DNA of 64,000 bases, taken from the NCBI GenBank assembly GCA_905182325.1, contig CAJJBD010000004.1, positions 88,474 through 152,473 on the forward strand, in the 5' to 3' direction. Positions within the stretch are counted from its first letter, which is position 1; each line of letters opens with the position of its first letter. This DNA comes from an uncultured Planktomarina sp. GTDB lineage: Bacteria; Pseudomonadota; Alphaproteobacteria; Rhodobacterales; Rhodobacteraceae. Below the pieces are notes generated by a model. That model had not been told where the DNA came from. It worked only from the letters and a program-made list of their open reading frames with translations, and made no database searches. Positions 1 through 9,536 of the stretch are shown piece by piece. The translations under genes were made by a program, and so were the position numbers.

Positions 1-57
1 ATAAAAGATCTAATTACTGCTAAGCGACCAGGTTGGTCCTGGAGGGAATTCTCATGA
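1..57 (+). CDS. soxD: sarcosine oxidase subunit delta, 3' end only (truncated by window)
   Basis: Frame 1 reads IKDLITAKRPGWSWREFS*, resembling the C-terminus of Roseobacter SoxD; lies directly upstream of soxA. Confidence 0.65.
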   Translation: MKDLITAKRPGWSWREFS

Positions 58-124
58 TATTGTGGTTTAACAAAATGTTATATGCGGTGGCCTTCTCGGC
101 CGAGAGTACTAATGGGGTGTGTGA

Positions 125-3100
125 ATGAGTACCCGATTAGCCAATCAAGGACGCCTTATAGATCGTAGTAAAGCTATAAAATTTTTATTTAATGGTAAAA
201 AAATGGCTGGCTTCGAGGGTGATAGCTTAGCGGCGTCACTTTTGGCAAATGATCAGATGCTTGTGGGAAGATCGTTTAAATACCACCGACCTAGGGGTAT
301 AGTAGCATCTGGCGCGGAAGAGCCCAATGCTCTTATTAATTTGGGTGATGGTGGATATTTTGAGCCAAATGCTCGTGCAACAACTACTGAAACGTTTGAT
401 GGCTTAGTGGCTGCATCACAAAATCATTTTCCGTCTTTAGAATTCGATGTGGGAGCCATAAATTCAAAGCTAGCGCGGTTTTTACCAGCAGGATTCTATT
501 ATAAAATGTTTATCCATCCAAGATCATTTTGGAAACATGTTTACGAACCGTTCATTAGAAAGTCCGCAGGGCTTGGTCGGGCACCAAAAGACCGAGACTT
601 AGACAAATACGAACATTATTACCACCACTGCGAAGTTCTAGTAGTGGGTGGTGGAATAGCTGGTATTCAAGCTGCTAAATCTGCTGCGGCTTCAGGTGTT
701 CGCGTAATGTTGGTTGAGCAAACAGCACACTGGGGTGGTCGCGCTGTCGTTGATGGTGTCACGATTGACAATACCCCTGCAGAAGAGTGGGTCAAAACCG
801 CCGTGGCCCAGCTTTTGAAGATGAATAACGTTGTTATCCGTAACCGCACCCAAGGATCAGGTGTTTATGATCATGGATATGCTCTTGGCTATGAGCGGGT
901 TGCAGATCATACGCCTCGCGATGGTCGCCCACGTCATCGCTTGTGGAGAATTAGGTGTAAAAAAATTATTGCCGCAACCGGCGCTATTGAGCGGCCGTTG
1001 TCTTTTGCTGGCAATGATATTCCTGGTGTGATGCTTGCTGCAGCTGTCCGAGATTATGTTGTTAATTATGGAGTGTCACCTGGTGATCGTACTGTTGTCG
1101 TAACTAATAATGATGATGCCTATCGCACTGCCATTGTTTTAAAAGATGCCGGACTAGACATTCCCCTGATAATAGATGCCCGTCCTAAGGGTGGTGGAAT
1201 ATTAATGGACCGGGCGATTGCGGCGGGCATTCGGGTAGAGACTGGGCGCGGTATAGCTAAAGTAAAAGGTGGCAAGCGTGTTACTGGAGTTAGTATTTGC
1301 TCGCAAGCCGGTGAGGGTGCTGAACTGGAAGAAATATCTTGTGATGTGGTTGCAATGTCAGGTGGATGGTCGCCGGTAGTACACTTATGGTCGCACTGTG
1401 GTGGCAAACTCCTATGGGACGAAGATCAAGCGATGTTCTGTCCAGACCCAGATCACCCTCCTTTGGGAATTGATGGTGAAAGTGTTGTCCGAGTCGTCGG
1501 CGTTGCCAATGGGCACCTGGGAAGTGCCGCAGGCTTGCTGGATGCCAACGAACAGGGCTCTGTTGCAGCAGTCATGGCAGGCGGCAAAGTTAAGAAATTA
1601 AAAGTGTTGGATTGTGATGATTTTGTTGAGAACGCGATACTCCCAGTCTGGTTGATGCCTCAAGGGGCTAACTATGGTTTACGCTCTAAATCGTGGCTTG
1701 ATTTTCAGAATGATGTTAAGGTCAGTGATGTTCAATTAGCTGCCCAGGAGGGGTTTGAGAGCGTAGAACACGTAAAGCGTTACACCACATTAGGCATGGC
1801 GACTGATCAAGGAAAATTAAGTAACATTAATGGATTAGCAATACTTTCTGATTCCCTTAACATGAATATTCCAGATGTTGGGACCACTACTTTTCGGCCT
1901 CCCTACACACCTATATCAATGGCATCCTTGGCGGGGGAAGCGCGTGCAGATCTTTTTCAACCCATTCGCAAAACTCCGATGCACGATTGGCATGACAGTA
2001 ACGGAGCGGATTGGGAGCCAGTAGGTGGATGGCGGCGTGTGTACGCATATGTTGATCCGGGTGAAACAACTAAACAAGCCGTAAATCGTGAGGTTTTGAA
2101 CACACGAAAAAACCTTGGTTTTTTGGATGCTTCAACGCTTGGGAAGATCATTGTTAAGGGTCCTGACGCAGGAAAATTTTTGGATATGATGTATACGAAC
2201 ATGATGTCTAATCTTAAAGTTGGACGCTGTCGTTACGGCCTAATGTGTTCAGAGAATGGATTTTTATCAGACGACGGCGTTGTTGCGCGTGTTGATGATG
2301 TAACTTGGCTTTGTCATACTACGTCTGGCGGTGCTGACCGCATTCATGCTCATATGGAGGAGTGGCTTCAAACTGAATGGTGGAATTGGCAAGTTTGGAT
2401 CGTTAATTTAACTGAACAACTCGTACAAATTGCAGTCGTTGGTCCACATTCTCGGAAAGTGTTAGAGAAATTGGGTGGGATGGATGTTTCACCCGATGAA
2501 TTACCATTCATGACTTGGACGGACGGAAATATCGGTGGAATTCCTTGCCGTGCCTATAGGATTTCCTTTTCTGGTGAGTTGTCCTACGAAATTGCTGTTC
2601 CAGCCAACCAAGGCCTAGAGTTTTGGGAAATGCTTATTGAGGCTGGAACTGAATTTGGTGCGATGCCTTATGGTACAGAATGTCTGCATGTAATGCGTGC
2701 TGAGAAAGGTTTCATAATGATTGGTGATGAAACTGACGGCACTGTCATACCACAGGATTTGGGGTTGAACTGGGCCATTTCAAAGAAAAAAGATGATTTT
2801 TTAGGAAAACGGGCGCAACAGCGTTCATTTATGGACAATGCAGATCGATGGCAACTTGTTGGACTAGAGACGTTGGATGGTTCTGTTCTTGAAGATGGAG
2901 CCTATGCAATTTCATCAGGAAAAAATGCTAATGGGCAAAAGAACACTCAAGGCAGAGTTACTTCAACGTATTACTCGCCAACCTTGAAAAAAGGTATCGC
3001 CATGGGTTTGGTACACAACGGCCCTAGTAGGATGGGGGAGGTTATTTCCTTCACTAATATCGGGACTTCGCCTGTACAAGCCAAAATTGTCAGTCAGATA

Positions 3101-3136
3101 TTTTTTGATCCAGAAGGGAAAAAGCAAAATGTCTGA
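125..3136 (+). CDS. soxA: sarcosine oxidase subunit alpha
   Basis: 1003 aa; GRSFKYHRPRG motif, GGGIAG dinucleotide fold, KRYTTLGMATDQGK, C-terminal GcvT-like folate domain. Confidence 0.95.
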   Translation: MSTRLANQGRLIDRSKAIKFLFNGKKMAGFEGDSLAASLLANDQMLVGRSFKYHRPRGIVASGAEEPNALINLGDGGYFEPNARATTTETFDGLVAASQNHFPSLEFDVGAINSKLARFLPAGFYYKMFIHPRSFWKHVYEPFIRKSAGLGRAPKDRDLDKYEHYYHHCEVLVVGGGIAGIQAAKSAAASGVRVMLVEQTAHWGGRAVVDGVTIDNTPAEEWVKTAVAQLLKMNNVVIRNRTQGSGVYDHGYALGYERVADHTPRDGRPRHRLWRIRCKKIIAATGAIERPLSFAGNDIPGVMLAAAVRDYVVNYGVSPGDRTVVVTNNDDAYRTAIVLKDAGLDIPLIIDARPKGGGILMDRAIAAGIRVETGRGIAKVKGGKRVTGVSICSQAGEGAELEEISCDVVAMSGGWSPVVHLWSHCGGKLLWDEDQAMFCPDPDHPPLGIDGESVVRVVGVANGHLGSAAGLLDANEQGSVAAVMAGGKVKKLKVLDCDDFVENAILPVWLMPQGANYGLRSKSWLDFQNDVKVSDVQLAAQEGFESVEHVKRYTTLGMATDQGKLSNINGLAILSDSLNMNIPDVGTTTFRPPYTPISMASLAGEARADLFQPIRKTPMHDWHDSNGADWEPVGGWRRVYAYVDPGETTKQAVNREVLNTRKNLGFLDASTLGKIIVKGPDAGKFLDMMYTNMMSNLKVGRCRYGLMCSENGFLSDDGVVARVDDVTWLCHTTSGGADRIHAHMEEWLQTEWWNWQVWIVNLTEQLVQIAVVGPHSRKVLEKLGGMDVSPDELPFMTWTDGNIGGIPCRAYRISFSGELSYEIAVPANQGLEFWEMLIEAGTEFGAMPYGTECLHVMRAEKGFIMIGDETDGTVIPQDLGLNWAISKKKDDFLGKRAQQRSFMDNADRWQLVGLETLDGSVLEDGAYAISSGKNANGQKNTQGRVTSTYYSPTLKKGIAMGLVHNGPSRMGEVISFTNIGTSPVQAKIVSQIFFDPEGKKQNV

Positions 3137-3668
3137 TAGTACTTTTGAGGATTATGTGAGGGTTATGCAAGATTTTGATCACAGCATGTTTACGTTGCGA
3201 GCTAATCTTTCCTCTACGAAGATAAAGGCTGCCATAAAATCAGTAATAGGTGGCCCTGTTCCCAAGCGTGGGTTTTGTGACACCTACGCTAATAAGTCTG
3301 TGGCGTGGATGTCCCCCGATGAGCTTCTGATTACTGTAGATGGGCCAGAATCTGTTGTTATTTACGCTGATTTACAAAAAGCGCTAGAAGGTCAGCATGC
3401 GCTACTGGCAGACGTTTCTGACGCTCGCGCAGTGTTTACACTCAAGGGAAGCCATGGCCTAGAGGTGTTAGCTAAATTGTCACCAATGGATTTTCATCCA
3501 ATGCAATTTAAGGTTGGTAGTTTTACACGAACTCGAATTGCTCAAGTGGCTGGCGCAGTCTTCAGAGTTGATGCTGAAACTATAGTTTTAATTTGTTTTC
3601 GTTCGGTGCAACAATATATGTTTTCGCTACTCTGCGATGCCGCTAGACCCGGTGCGAATGTCTTCTAG
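3129..3668 (+). CDS. soxG: sarcosine oxidase subunit gamma
   Basis: WMSPDELL, DVSDARAVF, LAKLSPMD and CFRSV motifs; ATG at 3129 overlaps the soxA end. Confidence 0.9.
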   Translation: MSDSTFEDYVRVMQDFDHSMFTLRANLSSTKIKAAIKSVIGGPVPKRGFCDTYANKSVAWMSPDELLITVDGPESVVIYADLQKALEGQHALLADVSDARAVFTLKGSHGLEVLAKLSPMDFHPMQFKVGSFTRTRIAQVAGAVFRVDAETIVLICFRSVQQYMFSLLCDAARPGANVF

Positions 3669-3782
3669 CTTATGTGTAACAATAATTTAATTTATTTTAG
3701 TAATGGTCATTTTGTTTCGATGGGTTACCTTCTATAGAATAACTTAGAAAAGCTTCAATTAAACTCTGAAAGGATTGCTCTT

Positions 3783-4382
3783 ATGGCTTTCAAACTTCCT
3801 GATCTACCTTATGCTCATGACGCCTTGGCTGCCAAGGGTATGTCTGCTGAAACACTGGAGTTTCACCACGATCTGCATCATAATGCGTATGTTACTAATG
3901 GCAATGCGGCGATATCTGGGACCCAATGGGATGGAAAATCCCTAGAGGACATTATTGTTGGTACCTATGATGTGTCAGCGGTTGCACAAAATGGTATTTT
4001 TAACAACATAAGCCAACTTTGGAATCACAACCAGTTTTGGGATATGATGGGTCCGGGTGATAGTAAAATGCCGGGATCGCTTGAATCAGCTTTGAAAGAA
4101 AACTTTGGCTCAGTCGATGAGTTCAAAACAAAGTTTTCTGCGGCAGGCGTTGGCCAATTTGGTTCAGGGTGGTGCTGGTTAGTAAAAAATGCTGATGGAT
4201 CTTTAGCTGTCACTAAGACAGAAAATGGAGTTAACCCGCTTTGTTTTGGTCAGACTGCACTTTTAGGCTGTGATGTTTGGGAGCATTCCTATTACATCGA
4301 TTTCCGGAACAAACGCCCAGTTTATTTATCAAACTTTTTGGATAATCTCGTAAATTGGGAAAACGTAGCAAGCCGTATGTAG
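3783..4382 (+). CDS. sodB: superoxide dismutase, Fe type
   Basis: HHDLHH, WNH, FGSGW, DVWEHSYY metal-ligand motifs. Confidence 0.95.
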   Translation: MAFKLPDLPYAHDALAAKGMSAETLEFHHDLHHNAYVTNGNAAISGTQWDGKSLEDIIVGTYDVSAVAQNGIFNNISQLWNHNQFWDMMGPGDSKMPGSLESALKENFGSVDEFKTKFSAAGVGQFGSGWCWLVKNADGSLAVTKTENGVNPLCFGQTALLGCDVWEHSYYIDFRNKRPVYLSNFLDNLVNWENVASRM

Positions 4383-4405
4383 CATATTTATTGAATAAAA
4401 TGAAT

Positions 4406-4440
4406 AAAAGGCCTGTGGGAAGTTCTCTGCAGGCCTTTTT
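4406..4440 (+). terminator. Rho-independent terminator after sodB
   Basis: aaaaggcctgtggga-agt-tctctgcaggccttttt stem-loop with T tract. Confidence 0.85.
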
Positions 4441-4490
4441 CTTATTATTAGTTTCAAAATTTAGCCTGAAACGTGATTGGCTTAGATATT

Positions 4491-5384
4491 ATGACACGAT
4501 CATTTAAGGGCGTATTAGCAATGCTTTTAGCCTGTTTTATTTGGGGGTTTTCTCCATTTTATTACTCTTTTTTGACACACCTAAGCCCAGAAGAGATTCT
4601 ATCTCACCGCACCCTTTGGTCAGTGATAACGTTTGTATTTTTCATTGGTATTACGGGTCGCCACTATGAAACTTTCCGTACGCTTAAGTCGCCAAAAATA
4701 TTAAGTTTAATTCTTTTGGCTGGTGTAATGATTGGTATAAATTGGTATGTGTTTATTTTTTCGGTTGGAGCTGGCCGAGTGACGGAATCCTCTCTTGGAT
4801 ATTATATTTTCCCGTTGGTTATGGTACTTTTGGGTCTAGTGGTATTTCGTGAAACTTTATCTCGCCTGCAATGGTTATCTGTTTTACTTGCGGTGAGCGC
4901 AGTCTTAGTTTTAACTTTTGGATTTGGTTCGCCGCCTTGGTTAGCACTAATTATCTCCATAACCTTTGGAGTCTATGGCCTACTTAAACGAATTATTCAG
5001 ATAGATTCAGTGGTGTCTGTGACGATTGAGGTACTGCTACTATTGCCTGTGGCAATAGTATATCTTCTATGGCTTGGTCACTTACCAGACGCTGCTACGC
5101 TTGGCTTATTAATGTTCTCAGGCATAATTACTGCGGGCCCTCTTATGTTGATGACCTATGCTACTCAAACAGTGCGCCTAGCTACTGTAGGGTTAATCCA
5201 ATATCTGAACCCAATTTTACAATTTTTCTGCGCAGTAGTGCTACTGGGAGAGGTTTTAACTGGCTGGCATATGATAGCCATTGCACTAATTTGGGTGGCC
5301 TTGGTATTTTACACTTGGGCTGTGTTTAGCGCAGACCGCAACAAAGCTTCAATTTCATCGGTATCTTCGGCGACATTAAAATAA
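4491..5384 (+). CDS. rarD: EamA/DMT family transporter RarD
   Basis: About 10 TM helices; EILSHR.LWS, SLGYYIFPL, GLIQYLNP motifs; ATG 4491 preferred (GTG 4473 possible). Confidence 0.88.
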   Translation: MTRSFKGVLAMLLACFIWGFSPFYYSFLTHLSPEEILSHRTLWSVITFVFFIGITGRHYETFRTLKSPKILSLILLAGVMIGINWYVFIFSVGAGRVTESSLGYYIFPLVMVLLGLVVFRETLSRLQWLSVLLAVSAVLVLTFGFGSPPWLALIISITFGVYGLLKRIIQIDSVVSVTIEVLLLLPVAIVYLLWLGHLPDAATLGLLMFSGIITAGPLMLMTYATQTVRLATVGLIQYLNPILQFFCAVVLLGEVLTGWHMIAIALIWVALVFYTWAVFSADRNKASISSVSSATLK

Positions 5385-5869
5385 TTCCGCATGTTAGTGT
5401 CGGCAAAACCTGAGGCGATCGTGTGATCAATTAAATTTAACATTGGCTGCCAATATTTTTCTATATTGGCTACTATTATTGGTCGGTTGTGCAGTTTGAG
5501 TTGTGCCCAAGTAAGAATTTCAAAAAATTCATCCATCGAACCTGCCCCGCCAGGCAACAAAACTACAGCATCGCTATTCATAAACATCAATTTTTTTCTG
5601 CTGTGCATATCGTCTGTGACTATCAGTTGGCCATCACTTTGCTCAGAGATTTCTAACTCGATCAAGTGCTTTGGTATCACGCCAAAAGTAGTTCCTCCTC
5701 CTTCTTTAACTCCGCTGGCAACTGCGCCCATCAGCCCAACATTTCCAGCTCCATAAACTAATCTCCATGAATTTTTCGCAATAATTTTTCCAAATTTCTG
5801 GGCTTCTGTTCTGAAGGTAGGATCATTTCCCATTCTAGCCCCACAAAATACACAAATTGATTTGGTCAC
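5309..5869 (-). CDS. LOG family protein (TIGR00730; cytokinin riboside 5'-monophosphate phosphoribohydrolase-like)
   Basis: ICVFCGA, LVYGAG..GLMG, MHSRK, PGGAGSMDE motifs. Confidence 0.9.
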   Translation of the reverse strand: MTKSICVFCGARMGNDPTFRTEAQKFGKIIAKNSWRLVYGAGNVGLMGAVASGVKEGGGTTFGVIPKHLIELEISEQSDGQLIVTDDMHSRKKLMFMNSDAVVLLPGGAGSMDEFFEILTWAQLKLHNRPIIVANIEKYWQPMLNLIDHTIASGFADTNMRNYFNVAEDTDEIEALLRSALNTAQV

Positions 5870-5947
5870 TGTTAAATCCCTCAGTTCTTGCTGGACAGGT
5901 GTTATATGCCTGATACCATGGCATTACCGATTGGAGAATGGAACTAA

Positions 5948-7393
5948 ATGAGTAATTCGAACAAAAGCCAAGGCGATCAGAGAGAAAAAATATACTCAGT
6001 AATCTGGGGGGCATTGATTTTTGTTGCTGTTGTTTGGTGGTTTTATCCACAGATTAGATCGCTAATACAGCCCAATCGATCTGCTGAAGAGATTGTTACG
6101 CCGACTAACGTTGTAGAAGAACTTGATCAGGAAACTTCTTTGGAGACAATAATTGTTGAAGAGGCTCCTGTGCCACAGGAAGATACAGATAGCAGTGAAG
6201 GGCAGGAAACCTCTTCGGAGACAATAACCGTTGAAGTGGCTCCTGTGCCACAGGAAGACACAGATACGAATAGCGGTGATGGGCCAGAACTAATACCTCA
6301 GCTAGTATCGGCTCCAAAGTTTGATTTGGTTCGCATTGAAGATGATGGATCAGCAGTTATAGCAGGTCTTGCTGAGGGGGCTGGTTACGTTGTGCTAAGT
6401 CTGGCTGGTCGAGAGCTTTCAGAGGCCCGGGCAGATTTGAGTGGTAACGGCCAGTTTGTTATATTTGCACTTTTACCTCTTAAAACTGAACCGCAGGCTC
6501 TTCAGTTATTGCTTTATCCAGAGAATGGCAGTGGACCAATTATATCGGAAGACGTTGTTTTTGTGACTGCGCCGCTAGATTTGGTTGTCCCTGATGTTAC
6601 TGCTGAGTTGGACACAATTGAAAAACAAGCTGATACGGAAACGGACCAAGTTGAACCTGCGGAACGCCCGTCGGGACCAGCAATTATAGTTGCCGATGAA
6701 AATGGTATTCGAGTACTTCAGGACGGGAGTGGAAATAGTTCTACCGCGACTGTCTCTATTGATACAATTTCGTATGACTTACAGGGTGAGGTTTCTATTG
6801 GGGGTCGAGCTACTGGTACTGGTTTTGTAAGAATTTATGTTAATAACAGGTTAATAGCTACGTCAAGAATTACAAATGGTGGTTATTGGAAGGTCGATTT
6901 ATTGAATATAGAAGCAGGAATTTATAAATTGCGTGCGGACGAATTATCTGAATCTGGCGAAGTGCTGTCACGAGTGGAAATTCCGTTTAAGCGTGAGAAA
7001 CCTGACGAACTTGTGGCATTGATGGCACAGGCATCTGAAGAAGATAATGAAGAAATTAAATTAAGTTCTGCAATCACCCAAACTCGAGTTAATGTTCAAG
7101 ACCAAGTTGTGGGTCTTGTTGCCTCAACTAAAAGCTTGCGCTTAGATGAAGTTGTAACGAGTGCAATTGGTTTAGAGGTTAAAACTCAACCTGCTGTTGG
7201 GCGGCTGGAAATACCTATTCTTTCGATTGAGTTCAGGATTAAAACAGTTCAGCCCGGCTCAACACTCTGGGCGATTGCTAAGGAAAGATATGGATCAGGC
7301 ATTGAATACCATAAAGTTTTTGAGGCTAATAAAGAACGGATTAGGGATCCTGATCTTATATACCCTGGACAGGTATTTGAACTCCCAGATTAA
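5948..7393 (+). CDS. membrane-anchored LysM peptidoglycan-binding protein
   Basis: N-terminal TM helix, acidic linker, P.FDLVRIE.DGSAVIAG domain, C-terminal LysM (VQPGSTLWAIA..YG.G..Y..+FEAN...IRDPDLIYPGQ). Confidence 0.9.
   Translation: MSNSNKSQGDQREKIYSVIWGALIFVAVVWWFYPQIRSLIQPNRSAEEIVTPTNVVEELDQETSLETIIVEEAPVPQEDTDSSEGQETSSETITVEVAPVPQEDTDTNSGDGPELIPQLVSAPKFDLVRIEDDGSAVIAGLAEGAGYVVLSLAGRELSEARADLSGNGQFVIFALLPLKTEPQALQLLLYPENGSGPIISEDVVFVTAPLDLVVPDVTAELDTIEKQADTETDQVEPAERPSGPAIIVADENGIRVLQDGSGNSSTATVSIDTISYDLQGEVSIGGRATGTGFVRIYVNNRLIATSRITNGGYWKVDLLNIEAGIYKLRADELSESGEVLSRVEIPFKREKPDELVALMAQASEEDNEEIKLSSAITQTRVNVQDQVVGLVASTKSLRLDEVVTSAIGLEVKTQPAVGRLEIPILSIEFRIKTVQPGSTLWAIAKERYGSGIEYHKVFEANKERIRDPDLIYPGQVFELPD
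6128..6266 (+). repeat. 75-bp-period in-frame tandem duplication inside the LysM gene
   Basis: Copies start at 6128 and 6203 and encode QETSLETIIVEEAPVPQEDTD / QETSSETITVEVAPVPQEDTD. Confidence 0.9.
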
Positions 7394-7440
7394 TTAGGCC
7401 TTACATTTAGAATTTATTGTCCTAGTTACATTGAAATAAG

Positions 7441-9267
7441 ATGAAAAGTATTGGCACTCCCCAGGATCAACATGACCGCAAGGTTGAAATCCGAGTTATC
7501 GCACGGGTTGCGCCGTATTTGTGGCCAAAGGGTCAAACTTGGGTAAAGTGGCGCGTCACAGTTGCCCTGTTAAGTTTGATAATGGCGAAATTAGTGGCAG
7601 TTGCGACACCAATGATAATGGGCGCAGCTGTTGATAACCTTTCTGGTGATGGCGGAGCTAATCAGATCCTTATGCTTGGTGCTATTGGCCTAACAGTTGC
7701 CTACGGCTTGTCTCGAATTTTGGAAAGTGCATTCCAACAATTGCGCGACATTGTGTTTGCTAAGGTAGGACAGCGCGCCCTGCGAAAAGTGGGTTTAGAG
7801 ACTTTTCAACACATTCATAATATGTCGTTGCGGTACCATCTCAGTCGCCAGACAGGCGGTCTGAGCCGCGTAATGGAGAGAGGCGTAAAGGGTGTATCGT
7901 TTCTTTTACGGTTTTTGCTATTTTCAATTGGTCCCTTAGCTCTTCAGCTAATACTTATTTCCATCGCATTGGCGACATTATTTAATATTAGATATCTGGC
8001 TGTGATTGCATTGGCAGTGATTGCTTATGTTTGTTTTACGGCAGTAGTGACCGAATGGCGGGTGAAAATTCGCAAAGTGATGAATGATCAGGATAAAGAC
8101 GCAAACCAAAAGGCTATCGATAGTCTGTTAAACTTTGAAACTGTCAAGTATTTTGGTGCTGAAATGCGTGAATCAGGTAGGTATGATGCCGCAATGGAAG
8201 GCTACGAAGCTGCGGCTATTAAAACTTCGTATTCCCTTGGTTTTATTAATATTGGTCAGTCGATAATTATCAATACCGCGATGATTGCCGTAATGATTAT
8301 GTCGGCACAAGACGTAGTTGCGGGTCGAGCGAGTGTGGGCGGATTTGTTGCAGTCAACGCCTACATTATGCAAGTAATGATGCCACTCAACTTCTTGGGG
8401 TTTGTATATCGTGAAATCCGTCAAGCCTTAGTGGATATGAGTGAGATGTTCAGCTTGCTCGAGCAGCCAGCTGAAGTACAAGATAAAGAAAATGCTCCAC
8501 CATTAAAGGTTAAAGGTGGATGCATTGAATTAAGAGATGTACACTTTTCATACGACCCTGAGCGCCCGATCCTTAAAGGTGTGACCTTAAGAGTGGAACC
8601 AGGGCAAACATGGGCTATCGTGGGCTCCTCTGGATCTGGAAAATCTACCTTGGGCAGATTGTTGTTTCGTTTTTATGACGTCACTGACGGGGCCTTATTT
8701 ATTGATGGTCAAGACATTCGGGATGTAACCCAGCGCAGCTTGCATGATGCGATTGGAGTGGTTCCCCAAGACACGGTACTTTTCAATGATACAATTTATT
8801 ATAATATTGCCTATGGCCGGACAGATGCAACAACGGACCAGGTGGAAAATGCGGCAAGAGCGGCACAGATACATGACTTTGTAAAAAGCCTACCAATGGG
8901 TTACGACACGACTGTCGGTGAGCGAGGACTTAAGTTGTCTGGCGGAGAAAAACAACGGGTTGGTATTGCGCGTACTTTGCTTAAAAACCCTCCAATCTTA
9001 CTACTAGATGAAGCAACATCGGCACTTGATTCAGAAACTGAACATGAAATTCAAGATAGTTTAATCCAAATGGGGCAGGGAAGGACTGTCCTAACTATTG
9101 CTCATAGACTGTCTACCGTTGTTCATGCGGATAGGATTGTAGTTTTGGAGAATGGTAAGATCGTAGAGCAGGGTTGCCATGATGAATTAATGTTGGCAGC
9201 TGGCCGCTATGCCCACCTTTGGAATTTACAATTAGCTGAAAACGGGAGAGATATGCACCAGGATTAA
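7441..9267 (+). CDS. ABCB/ATM1-type ABC exporter (fused permease-ATPase)
   Basis: TMD with DSLLNFETVKYF; Walker A GSSGSGKST; LSGGEKQR signature; DEATSALD. Confidence 0.92.
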   Translation: MKSIGTPQDQHDRKVEIRVIARVAPYLWPKGQTWVKWRVTVALLSLIMAKLVAVATPMIMGAAVDNLSGDGGANQILMLGAIGLTVAYGLSRILESAFQQLRDIVFAKVGQRALRKVGLETFQHIHNMSLRYHLSRQTGGLSRVMERGVKGVSFLLRFLLFSIGPLALQLILISIALATLFNIRYLAVIALAVIAYVCFTAVVTEWRVKIRKVMNDQDKDANQKAIDSLLNFETVKYFGAEMRESGRYDAAMEGYEAAAIKTSYSLGFINIGQSIIINTAMIAVMIMSAQDVVAGRASVGGFVAVNAYIMQVMMPLNFLGFVYREIRQALVDMSEMFSLLEQPAEVQDKENAPPLKVKGGCIELRDVHFSYDPERPILKGVTLRVEPGQTWAIVGSSGSGKSTLGRLLFRFYDVTDGALFIDGQDIRDVTQRSLHDAIGVVPQDTVLFNDTIYYNIAYGRTDATTDQVENAARAAQIHDFVKSLPMGYDTTVGERGLKLSGGEKQRVGIARTLLKNPPILLLDEATSALDSETEHEIQDSLIQMGQGRTVLTIAHRLSTVVHADRIVVLENGKIVEQGCHDELMLAAGRYAHLWNLQLAENGRDMHQD

Positions 9268-9536
9268 ACCGTTTTAAGATCTTTAAAAAAAAACATTACC
9301 TCATGTGTGTTCTATGAGCCTCCAGTGGAAGTTGTTGCGTCTTGCTCTCACAATATTTTCTGATTGTGGTGCTTTTTTCTTCACGGTTCGATTGGAAGTC
9401 TACTCAAACTCGTCTGCGCGCACGGTACCTTGGTTTGACACCAGCGTTATCGACATTTAGTTGGAGCAAGCTACCTCTACGTCGGTAACATTGTTATGTA
9501 ACTGTTTAGGCCAAATTTAGGGTTAAAATTAAAAAA

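Noticed and set aside
3730-3752. Possible Irr (ICE) box upstream of sodB
   Set aside because: Only one half-site resembles TTTAGAA-N3-TTCTAAA, in AT-rich DNA.
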